In this document: positions 12,901 to 19,705 of the stretch, one piece after another | How positions within the stretch are numbered: position 1 is the first letter of the stretch | How the letters are laid out: every line of letters starts with the position of its first letter | Source of the DNA: Barthelona sp. PCE | Lineage: Eukaryota | NCBI GenBank assembly: GCA_040285745.1 | Contig: JAUFOR010000008.1 | Location: forward strand, 1,488,001-1,552,000 | Length of the DNA: 64,000 nt | Direction of reading: 5' to 3' | Made by a program: the position numbers and the translations under genes | Notes under the pieces: generated by a model | Told to the model about the DNA's origin: nothing | Database searches by the model: none | What the model saw: only the letters and a program-made list of their open reading frames with translations

Positions 12901-13634
12901 ACAAAGTCGCTACAAACTTTGAAATTGTTAAAAACAAATGATGATAGATGGATTGTAAGCTTCTTCGTCACAAATTCATCTACAAACGCATCATATAGTG
13001 CACGATCTGCTGCGCTTTCATCAAGAGACTCCATTAATATACTGTATACTCGCTCAAAGCACTCATCGATACTTGACAGGGTACCCTGCTCATCTGTGGT
13101 ACCCAACGATATCTCATCAATGGTTATACGAAACGTACTGTTTCCATCTTGGAATTCCAGCGAAATATCCCTAAAAAGGACCTCACAGTTTCTCAAAATC
13201 GCGTCCTTGAGGTTCTTCGCTGTGTAGTTAAGCTTTTCCGCCTCTTTAGGATCCTTCAGCGCATTTGCAAGCTCATATTTGCTCAAGATGCCTGCTTTCA
13301 AAACATCAGCATCTATGTGACTAGCCTTACGCACTGACTCCCACACCTCCTCAATCGGTGGAACAGACGCATTTAAAGTAATGCCCGAGACCTGAATTAG
13401 CGTCCGCTTCTCCAAAAGGTTTTCCCACGGTATATGCATTAGTACATTTTCTACAGTACCGTCTGATATGCGCAGGAAGGGTATGATCTCCTGGAAGAAC
13501 ACTGGATCGAGGTTAAGTTGAGTCAACTCCACGATTCCAGCCAGAAGCTGAACACTAATGAGGTCAATATCAAAATCGGAGAAAAAAGGACCAATAAGTG
13601 AGCCCACTACTCTTTTTGCAACAATGGATAGTAT
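3942..13634 (-). CDS. VPS13: VPS13 family lipid transfer protein, ~3230 aa; proposed non-AUG (ATA) start at 13634
   Basis: Chorein-N (LIGPFFSDFD...IPWENL, WLKYAF), VAB-like repeats, VGSLEVFGNPVG, ATG_C-like GVTGVVQVP...GIGHGLLGLITKPLGG and a PH-like tail. The frame is open upstream of the track's GTG start up to a TAA, with no ATG in between. Confidence 0.9.
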   Translation of the reverse strand: MLSIVAKRVVGSLIGPFFSDFDIDLISVQLLAGIVELTQLNLDPVFFQEIIPFLRISDGTVENVLMHIPWENLLEKRTLIQVSGITLNASVPPIEEVWESVRKASHIDADVLKAGILSKYELANALKDPKEAEKLNYTAKNLKDAILRNCEVLFRDISLEFQDGNSTFRITIDEISLGTTDEQGTLSSIDECFERVYSILMESLDESAADRALYDAFVDEFVTKKLTIHLSSFVFNNFKVCSDFVLQGFVRIYFGYIDTIPSFDIELEASGASFECPTKLITFFSAFREKMSRIVRIRRFIHLRPTVPVLEDRRAWLKYAFNAVHLIVTRKRNLWNLSLSKNAQVRRVYGVLYANFVASGCEYNKMTGSRRRLLQLIEKNTPVEQLIVFRMIARRKMESGELSSAHGRVLYGNIGKLFLKPLIAVKQWGSSLFLRRFGIERVPEMVKNFLFRMSFRVTNVSFSLLGSTGSLSLVVPLVSAKASLNGMSINAVSSVPKLFVNNVVESTDFLNVIYSSVNRNATLSVRIGDLSLRVSDKNVAFLISMISECVGDTTFDPLWDFKTSLLALSNTTSFKGVPTPSPRFTVAARINQIDARLEVKGGVFLAEVGSIFVRQHPEGLQGDIGSVEVGLEEPSHVLMCPSQFTFSVLFPPNSVSKAVLFLASHHVDIRCTSNSLRLLLSTISDIVGFEPESASEIVLKKGIAAFVDQLSVSFIDRISKLELFRLAIDVQRMDICLCSAPSLDHLSAPNADFMLRVAFWSMFLVFKPVTTIFETFFRSLTVQRGAVSHRFSFRDVVSNMKFILKNRDKQRKIQCINQQRTAPLITVSNRDSIIIDGERIDPLQQFETTISHTDMPLFSQWCLENRPDSSFVLRVRLGAANGHRTTTVGMFMSCVDILADLEKLYSLLCHYILYALPPCWFSFLPPVIVERQSEGSLRFDLQVLSTGLVLPEELSSDWDEMGHTASMHAGISQLSVEKSCQDPNSMLCASVQDLTVKNSSGRSIIRLSSSLEENEDDFSTTASFYLKLHHSALTARIQNMRVVTCPLLYALPGRLFPASFLGYISGQRYSAVDYPTEPLSYDGINSVVMTVSYVEVVDELITLCGCTAIATYRIQLLKALMSGKPTKKSVELSITKLEGFVNHQVLLKLSLLVSGHLLATVDGRGGRNELDADISMNLVVTHCLVAYLSAALAAHRYISLKALQRGLLSFSTPKQTLYPLYPPLKSCPQFLIRQKGEFLIEFHDNAHMGTISFRLQGDVLFFHGMTQVNACVEDISFVTDVFDEKCELLVGTPMFSVKCTRQHGDMQSYRVRSKLSDFFFLFDSSAVIRLINLVGTLLFLNDSTAANPLTAAINDIEPSSTILNALVDAKIALDIACSVTNVGVAISTALGDYCDGKGAVFCLMCDVSGRLHSFLLREPTISADVSLSVFITVPSAFRGAITFPTSQQRHIVRPSSVHIRMTPEYRSGFVPPTPDPVELSVSDIELLEIDNDTASSLSECEFTETPEINDHSLQEAIDDFHALTDTPNVIWNTFFDVSNTEISIFINDAVLLAGALRRVVCSVSLVQMAASLTHLAVDRFYETGYDRLRLAQAYFVRVVTQPTVGDIIQSYYPGAARRASELLRSNQIRYVLTFGDISLDFGIISSGTAQTLFSVQVMGALADLIKFRNAQFLTLDLSISASVVPVSYSDTVLLLEPVGASLSFCSQPSDPISTNDIFKATKLDLPSELEQSMFTLDSARVDLDSGAFIDFIKRADALLERFSAIRKIRMLFHLKTPFIIDISAYFMRSCATLVNAHGKCIAEAREDISSIIFMDTVPRDITVEFSNGISSSVYYEVRSRTCNVNGEVDDRCLFLNELHFGGSALDTIPHDVDLEFCYLKLVFCDGVLPHVRLSRLGISYFNIVEELHPLAVFNRPLSEDHADVVPLHGGEILGRVAVEIHQTDIVSIAVRGLLRVSSHVAFPLRVGVKWVGERKSVVSVGAGECVNVGFMAGSGQMIINIFPIQYNGCRYILADEVYVPEGQFIHSTVLQFVQAPGSKLPIGQCSIDVLDLSHLSFAMRVLNIQINVGITETVIEITPLLSVCSRLPAQTFFSVYQGRKSDVSPLPSERMLLGGDPVHIYHFDASCDVLASVSIADMPRQASSLCVWSSNIDECDSAVLFQSPTAPLTQVNVEYTPHDDIEFIDSGYCDISFDERRAVHASHIVTLVQSYSIENMLPFPLMLHISLPKKHVVPRTSLPQAPHSFIGDDIVAKELKRQLKGCGRVAPLFIKAGEAVAGSTLGKDLKLVFAMADPRSIVRETMTEISSFTLFATTEFLESAPLSTTDIHNEEEALRLKHVGDFSDPISVLNVSICSVHAIKQSDAFVASVTMSVSADPTYGFSVVTVSERYSFCNLTAQPVMIVFSGPDTDVYNSCIYVEPGAEVPLLVVPTNTRMSLLSFDEGYRPTAEFDFSIPGFHELKFVSKQLVHISAHPTRFMGMYVSYSNGRIRVLIRTNLPLFSIWNNCSLCLRMRQDYHASPTYIIKQGDRLYYSLDRIIDTPEIIVLTAVGYEVSPIKLSYSELKNDLVFELNDGVKLIVRVHRGENLYVSVTDFVEKKQRLLAEPLQVLRGVKSFWDMRRSSRPRRKHVLTLAMRAPLLQACVITMVPSEVFVFSVVNVFGCFELRDNRVALEAGVERIQLDDLTPGTPWPVIFSPVFVNPTTAFDDCNEPDWSFIDPNSDACARRSHCHIHAFMMRDTRFLPVTEWLECLVVNVQDSQLNIGSNIVTVMNNITSVLPFDLVLQADHAFAAVWDVCDVSEAEKKVQVFFEKVGLSAFTLFLTFEMDPLGSRFVLEDALAAYFAGVAQRFDVPPPSLLSSVSSALSVFLASVQRAPLVVPSYEVVESVQDWGIFLGNFKELVSVSLAAQLWTVVGSLEVFGNPVGAFKSERRRRAIDIDYESKSNTRFHQTAQNLIREAPGTLQERQGTQERIARGVCVPFHSFFGAIGRGLVQGSRDSRIIKKERNRRMRPPLSSASGAAAAWKSVRDGFFYGVTGVVQVPSQMEHDEGHKRLGAGIGHGLLGLITKPLGGISLAISNIFMGFKNQPVVSNTVGVVRPARVFSIDSFTSPVDYRLACMQHSVRRMKVENKRIFDGLPLVACIRLTDTTCLVLMGCFVLKINTEQRMVLMDRLCVWDISGITIDHCVVVIDRGDTQTMIEFPTLHEARYAYTALYRFVFYNRLLVREYRKK

Positions 13635-13938
13635 GTTAAGTAATTTTAAGAAAAAAGAAGAGACAAAAGTGAATTACAGTTCCACTGCGTTTGTATTTCA
13701 AATATAAGTAGGTTCTACCGCTGTTCGCTTACATTTTATGCTCTCTGTTTAGTAATAAAATCATTCTAACAGCACTTAATACAGACCTGCTACTTGTTCA
13801 TTCATATTATGATTGAAAATCACATATTAGACTTACATTCTGTTGTAAAACTTTTACTTTAGCCATCATAGACCTTAAAACTAATCCCTTCCACTGCATA
13901 CATAAAAACCTCCCTTTTCCTTCAATAGACAGTTTAAA

Positions 13939-15000
13939 GTGCAATTAAAGACGCTTAGTCTACCTTTCAAGGGGGCATCTACCCGGGACTTGGTTAAAAT
14001 TGGCTTTATTGTGCCGCATGGCAGTCGCTTTGAGAGTGCTCTCGATAGAGGCAAAACACACTTTGTTGAACACCTGTTGATGCGCGGAACCAACACTTTC
14101 CCAGCAGAAAACGTTATCAAAAATGCAGCAGAACTCGGTTTTAAGTTTGACGCACAAACTGGGCGAGAATTCAGTGTTTACCATATGTCCTGTCTACCTA
14201 ATGCACGTGAATATGCTAAATCTGTACTATTGGATATGATAGAGACACCTTCATTTGATCATGATAGGGTTGAGCGAGAAAAAAAAATTGTCTTTGAAGA
14301 AGCTTCACTCATTGATTCTATACCTCGGGAAAAGGTATTTCAGCAATTACACGCCGCCGCCTATGGACCCAGGGGGTTGGGAAATACAATATTAGGGACC
14401 GATAACGTAGATTCATTTACAACATCCGATCTGAATTCTTTCTTCGAACAACACTTTAAAAATGCATATTTTTTTGATTCCACGTGTTCTACTGCTGAAT
14501 TTGATACCATAGATCTCCCTTCTGATCCCAACAGCATGTTAAAAACGGGATATACGCACTTTGAAACAGAGCACACAGATGGAAGAGATCGCTTTGGAAT
14601 TTTATTTGAGACTGCTAGTAAGGATGAGGCCCACCAGTTTACGTGGCACTTGGACCAGCAGCTTAAGCATCTTAGGTCTGATAACTTTGAAAACGTAACT
14701 GGATTCATGTTGCAATACAGTGATCGTTGCGTTTTTGGATTAATGGGTATTCTAAAACGTGATAACTGTGATTTGAATGAGATATTGAACGTTGTTAAGA
14801 GCAACTATGAAGATTTTAGAAACGATAAATCTAATTCCTTGAATTTGGAAACTTTGGAAGCAATCAATTCAAACACACTTTATTTAATTGAAAAAGCTCT
14901 CTCAACTCCTCATATAGACGCACACATATACTCTACTGTTCAAGAAAGTCTATACAACCCATGTATTATCACGAGTGGAAAAAAAAGTATCTGGTATTAA
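13939..15000 (+). CDS. M16B zinc metallopeptidase (mitochondrial processing peptidase beta-like); start uncertain
   Basis: GSRFE...GKTHFVEHLLMRGT (inverted HxxEH zinc motif), FDAQTGRE, EREKKIVFEE (third ligand), LGNTILG. The first in-frame ATG lies after HxxEH. Confidence 0.85.
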   Translation: MQLKTLSLPFKGASTRDLVKIGFIVPHGSRFESALDRGKTHFVEHLLMRGTNTFPAENVIKNAAELGFKFDAQTGREFSVYHMSCLPNAREYAKSVLLDMIETPSFDHDRVEREKKIVFEEASLIDSIPREKVFQQLHAAAYGPRGLGNTILGTDNVDSFTTSDLNSFFEQHFKNAYFFDSTCSTAEFDTIDLPSDPNSMLKTGYTHFETEHTDGRDRFGILFETASKDEAHQFTWHLDQQLKHLRSDNFENVTGFMLQYSDRCVFGLMGILKRDNCDLNEILNVVKSNYEDFRNDKSNSLNLETLEAINSNTLYLIEKALSTPHIDAHIYSTVQESLYNPCIITSGKKSIWY

Positions 15001-15584
15001 GATTAAATCAATAAAAATCACTGTTTCGCACTAAAAGTAAGATAATTCAATTATTATCGGGCTCAGACAGTACGTCAGCAATTCATTTGTCATAATAAAA
15101 TTTTGTATTGGAGACTCTGCATAAAAAGTTTCTTCGATCATCGCCCATGTGGATACACATACACATTCAAAGTTGCAAAAGAATGAATAAAGTTGAAAAC
15201 TTAAAAGCAAATTTTGTGTGTTTCTCTTTTATTCCACACCATTTACGCACACATTTTGCTGCGTGTCAACTCATATACTGATCAACCCACACCTAAAAAC
15301 GAAGCAAATCCAAAAAATTTTTCTCTCCCACGATAAATTCTTATTATGTAGTCTTTGCGTCCTGTATCCGTCTCATTGGACATGGTGACGAACAAAAATA
15401 AAAATATAACAAAACACAGTGCAACCTGCACATTTTTGACGTACTGAAAGCAGTGCGCACACATCTCAGAATACTGCAACGAAATTTTACACAACTGGCA
15501 TCACTACAGACAGAAGCAATAAAGCAAACAACATGATATCACGATTTACCACCCTTTCAACACATGAAACAATTTCATTGATAA

Positions 15585-17897
15585 ATGGCAACGAAAGTCG
15601 AGACATTCCTAAGAATCAGGCCGACAAAGTGCGTGAAAGATCACTATGAGCTTATTGAAGAAGATAACGAAATCCATTTCCAGCTCCACAAGAATGTCAG
15701 CAGTTTTAACAGTGAAATGGAGCAGACACAGATGTACAAGTATGGTTTTAAACATATCTTTAATGAGGATACCCAGCAAGATGAAATTTTCAGTGTTGTT
15801 GGTGAAAAAGCCATAGATAAAGTCATGTCAGGCTATAATGCCACCATATTTGCGTATGGACAGACTTCTTCGGGTAAAACACACACACTAACGGGACCTC
15901 CTGATGGACAATATGAAGACAGGGGATTGGTTCCCAGAAGTATCCTAAATTTGTTTCAGAAAATCAGCGAACAGAGCAGCGAGAACACATATGAGGTCTT
16001 TGTTAGTTACTTACAAATCTACAAACACCGTATTCATGATTTATTGACTGGTATAGGTCATGAAGAGGAACTAAAACAGAACTTAGATGATCTGAAACAA
16101 GTTCAGTTTTACAACACTAGTGAGGGCTTTCAGTTTCCTGACTTATCCCTCCACAGAACGGAGAATGCAGCACATGCAACAAAACTGATGTGGCAAGGTG
16201 ATACACAAAGAATCATTGCTGAAACCCCAATGAATAAGACATCCACCCGTTCTCATTGTATATTTTCGCTGTACGTACAGAGGCGCAATAACAACAGCGC
16301 TGTCTTTATGGAGAGCAAGCTGCATCTTGTCGATCTGGCAGGTTCAGAGAGGGTTTGGAAAAATGATATTAATGGTGATGTCTTACAACAAGCAAAATTC
16401 ATCAATGGTTCTCTTTTCAGCCTCCAGCGTGTTGTCTCTGCGATTGTCGCACAACAACAGGCGAAGGATGATACAATTTTTGTGCCTTATCGGGACTCTG
16501 TTCTGACAATTTTTTTGAAAGACGCTCTTGGTGGAAACTCCTTTACGCAAATGATTGCTACAATCACGTCAGACCCGCAGTACATTATGGAATCGCTGTC
16601 TACGTGTGATTTCGCACGTAATGTCAACAGTATCAGCAATGTTAGCAGAAGAGTACAGAAACTGGACATCAAGGAGCTTGTGAAGCATCTAAAGCAGCAA
16701 GTTAAGGAGCTCAAGCGCGAAAATAATATGCTGAAAGATAAACTCGGTCATAATGTGCAGCGTGGTGCTATCACGGAAAGTGAAAAAGAACGATTTAAGG
16801 AAAAAATTCTGGGATTCATTGCTGCAGCAGATCCAGAAACAGACATAGAGCGGAAAAAGTTGATGGATTGGCTTCCGTTCAACATGGAATCTCTTCATGA
16901 GGTTCAGTATATATGGCGCTACTTGATGCTCGCTAAAGGTGGTGTTTCGGTAGCTGCAGTACCGCTTCCCCGTGATGATGACGATTTGAGAGGGCTGTTG
17001 GAGCAGCGAGACACTGAAATTGAGGTGCTATGTGATCTTAATAGAAAACAATCACAAAAAATTTTCGATTTGGAAGAGACGATGAAGAATAGCGGAACTG
17101 TTACCCCTCCTGCTGCGCGCCCCAATTCTCAGCCGTCCCCAACAAAGCAGAAACCAGCGAAATCACGTCGACCATCGTCTCTAAGAACAAAAGCGGTGGA
17201 TAAAGAAGTGTTTGGTCCTAGGTACGCCAGTGATCTCATTGAGGGTACTGTTGAGTATAGGCTCGAGTTCCTCGATGATAAGAAGGCTGCCTTTGACTTC
17301 TTCCAAAACTCTTACACAAAGATGACCAGTGTTAAAAAAGATAAGGACGCACTAAAGAAGCTAGTCATTGACGCAAAGGCGCTAGGAGAGGTTGCTAGGG
17401 AGCAGCATACAATGTTCCTTCAGGCCAAAAACGAGTATGCGAAGGTGAAGAAGCGTGAATCAATTACAGGTGAACAAGAGCCAAAAAGTATGATCATGCT
17501 TGCACAGTTGCAAGAGGCTAAGCGAGAGGTCAGTGAGAACGCGAAGAAGTTGAACCAGGCAAAGATAGAGGTGTCAGCCTTAACACAGACCATTGAAGAG
17601 AAGCGGAAGCAGATGCATAATCATTTTGCTATATGGTTTAGGAGGCAGACTGATCTGATACAAGCAGAGATAGATGGGGAGGAGGAAGACCCGGGCCACC
17701 CAGCAAACTATCTGCCGCCAAAACCAATGGTACAGCAGGCTGTTGCACCACTCAAATTGGAGAAAAATACTGATTATACAACACCAAATGTGGACGGTAT
17801 CGTTGTAGGTGATGAAGATGCAGATAAATCTATAGCTGAGTTTATGAAGCTCAAACAAATGCTTCTTAAAGGATCAAAAAGAGAGACTCCCCAGTAA
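15585..17897 (+). CDS. KIF6: Kinesin-9 family motor (KIF6-like)
   Basis: P-loop YGQTSSGKT, IAETPMNKTSTRSHCIF, LHLVDLAGSERV, VPYRDSVLT, a coiled-coil tail and C-terminal GDEDADKSIAEF. Confidence 0.85.
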   Translation: MATKVETFLRIRPTKCVKDHYELIEEDNEIHFQLHKNVSSFNSEMEQTQMYKYGFKHIFNEDTQQDEIFSVVGEKAIDKVMSGYNATIFAYGQTSSGKTHTLTGPPDGQYEDRGLVPRSILNLFQKISEQSSENTYEVFVSYLQIYKHRIHDLLTGIGHEEELKQNLDDLKQVQFYNTSEGFQFPDLSLHRTENAAHATKLMWQGDTQRIIAETPMNKTSTRSHCIFSLYVQRRNNNSAVFMESKLHLVDLAGSERVWKNDINGDVLQQAKFINGSLFSLQRVVSAIVAQQQAKDDTIFVPYRDSVLTIFLKDALGGNSFTQMIATITSDPQYIMESLSTCDFARNVNSISNVSRRVQKLDIKELVKHLKQQVKELKRENNMLKDKLGHNVQRGAITESEKERFKEKILGFIAAADPETDIERKKLMDWLPFNMESLHEVQYIWRYLMLAKGGVSVAAVPLPRDDDDLRGLLEQRDTEIEVLCDLNRKQSQKIFDLEETMKNSGTVTPPAARPNSQPSPTKQKPAKSRRPSSLRTKAVDKEVFGPRYASDLIEGTVEYRLEFLDDKKAAFDFFQNSYTKMTSVKKDKDALKKLVIDAKALGEVAREQHTMFLQAKNEYAKVKKRESITGEQEPKSMIMLAQLQEAKREVSENAKKLNQAKIEVSALTQTIEEKRKQMHNHFAIWFRRQTDLIQAEIDGEEEDPGHPANYLPPKPMVQQAVAPLKLEKNTDYTTPNVDGIVVGDEDADKSIAEFMKLKQMLLKGSKRETPQ

Positions 17898-17934
17898 ATA
17901 CCTGTTCTTATTATACCTTTGTTTTTTCTTTTCT

Positions 17935-18732
17935 ATGATGCCAAAACATGTATACATTACTGATATTCACCCCCTACTACTCGAGAAAAACGATGCAATC
18001 ATATTTCATACTGAATTCTTTTCTATCTTCCTTTTCTTTTCCATCCTGTTCCCATTTGGGCTAATCTTGAAAATATTCCAGTTTGATTCGTCACAAAAGG
18101 TTTTTAAGAAGTACCTTGCAGTCCTTGACAATCTTATTTTTAATGAAGAATTACGGTATAATTTGGGCGCTAAACTACCATTATTGGAGGAAAATTTCCA
18201 CGAATTCGTGCACTTTTCACCGCAACTACGCATTAATGGAGAATCTGTGAAGCAAATTCAATCTAGAAACTCTAGACCGAATAGCGCAGAGCACAGGAGC
18301 ATGCAAGAACGTAGATTCCTCAAGTTCTGGGCGGATGTCATCAAGGCGGCTATCCCAATTGTCATCAATCAACAGATAACGGCTAATCCAATACCACAAA
18401 AAACGCCAGGCGTTTTGGAATTTTTTAACACCGACAATCATCATTTACTAGCAGATTTCCATGGAGTGCGGCGTAGTAAGCTTCGCACACGGAACACAGT
18501 TGACCTGGCACCTATGGAAAACGTTGAGAATGAAAACGAGAACGATTTGAAATTACAACGAATCTTAACAGCTGTACCATCCCCCCGTAAGTCAAGCAAC
18601 CTCCCACGCCTGACAAAGACGTTCCAAAAGTTCAAGAAAAGACAAAGTTTTACACCAGGGACTATAAGACAGTTATCATATGAAAACGATTTGAGTATAA
18701 GTGGGAACCGTGTTTCCTTTAGTATAAAGTAG
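17935..18732 (+). CDS. Hypothetical protein, 265 aa
   Basis: ATG-started ORF filling the space between neighbours; one hydrophobic N-terminal segment and a low-complexity C-terminus. Confidence 0.7.
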   Translation: MMPKHVYITDIHPLLLEKNDAIIFHTEFFSIFLFFSILFPFGLILKIFQFDSSQKVFKKYLAVLDNLIFNEELRYNLGAKLPLLEENFHEFVHFSPQLRINGESVKQIQSRNSRPNSAEHRSMQERRFLKFWADVIKAAIPIVINQQITANPIPQKTPGVLEFFNTDNHHLLADFHGVRRSKLRTRNTVDLAPMENVENENENDLKLQRILTAVPSPRKSSNLPRLTKTFQKFKKRQSFTPGTIRQLSYENDLSISGNRVSFSIK

Positions 18733-18736
18733 TATG

Positions 18737-19288
18737 CTAGGCCCAGCGTCCCTTGATTTGGAGGACACCAATGTACATACGAACGCTATAAACACATACG
18801 ATAGGTAAAGCTACCAGATCCACGATAGTTGTAATTAAAATGATGAATTGGAACAGGAAGAAGATACGGGGTGTGAAACATGCCTTGAACAGGTTCCATG
18901 CGGCCCAGTAACCCACAATGCCAAAGATTGAAACTAGAGCAATACCAACATAATACATTGTCTGGAAAAGACTATCGTTTGAAGCTTCTGATGTTGATGA
19001 GAAGAAGAAGTAGTAGGCCAGCACCATCTTTAGGCAGAAAATAAACACAGAATAATACCTTGTGAAACGTGAGAAGAAGAATACTTCAAAAAGGTTAATA
19101 ATGAACGTGAATATGGTTGCCATTATCACCCAAAAAAGCTGAGTTCTTCTTTTGATGGGAATTTTATGTGCAAACAACTTAAATCTCCTTGATGTGTGAG
19201 AATTAAAACTTTCTTTAACTTTCTCAATGAAAGAGTTGGCAACAACACCTACCGTGGACTCCTTTTGCTCAAATAGTGGATCGCTCAT
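18737..19288 (-). CDS. Hypothetical four-TM membrane protein
   Basis: First ATG at 19288 (MSDPLFEQ); four hydrophobic segments. Confidence 0.7.
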   Translation of the reverse strand: MSDPLFEQKESTVGVVANSFIEKVKESFNSHTSRRFKLFAHKIPIKRRTQLFWVIMATIFTFIINLFEVFFFSRFTRYYSVFIFCLKMVLAYYFFFSSTSEASNDSLFQTMYYVGIALVSIFGIVGYWAAWNLFKACFTPRIFFLFQFIILITTIVDLVALPIVCVYSVRMYIGVLQIKGRWA

Positions 19289-19705
19289 GTGAAATGGGTT
19301 AAATTTCTGAAACAACCAAATGAGCAGAATCTGTGAATCATGTTGATTAATCCATTCCAGATAACACAGAACCCTCTTATCTCACCAATATACACGTAAT
19401 TCGCAAATCATTTATCCAAAAAAATATGCTATTCAAATAACTAAAAAGGACAGGGTTTTTGTTTTACAGCAAATGGTAATATTCTCTTAATTTGAGGTGT
19501 AGTCCTAGAATTTATCCGAACTAAAGTAGTAAAATAGTTAATTGCACAATTCTAAATCAATTCTTAAATTTTTTCTCTTGTTGCGTTCATATTTATGCTT
19601 TTCATGCCTTTTATGATCTTAAACGACTATATATAATGCTAAATTTTCGGTCGCAAATCTTTGAAAAATTGGTTAACAAGATACAACTAATATCACAGTG
19701 GTTTG

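Noticed and set aside
387-13337. Many 60-250 aa antisense or alternate-frame ORFs inside ATG2, VPS13 and other long genes
   Set aside because: They are shadows of real coding frames, have no motifs and overlap stronger genes completely.
13720-13840. Minus-strand ATGTAAG donor-like sites that might supply VPS13 with an ATG via an intron
   Set aside because: I found no AG acceptor that restores an in-frame ATG ahead of the conserved N-terminal residues.
15282-15494. Short minus-strand ORF between the peptidase and kinesin genes
   Set aside because: Only about 33 codons from its plausible ATG, no motif and no workable splice model.
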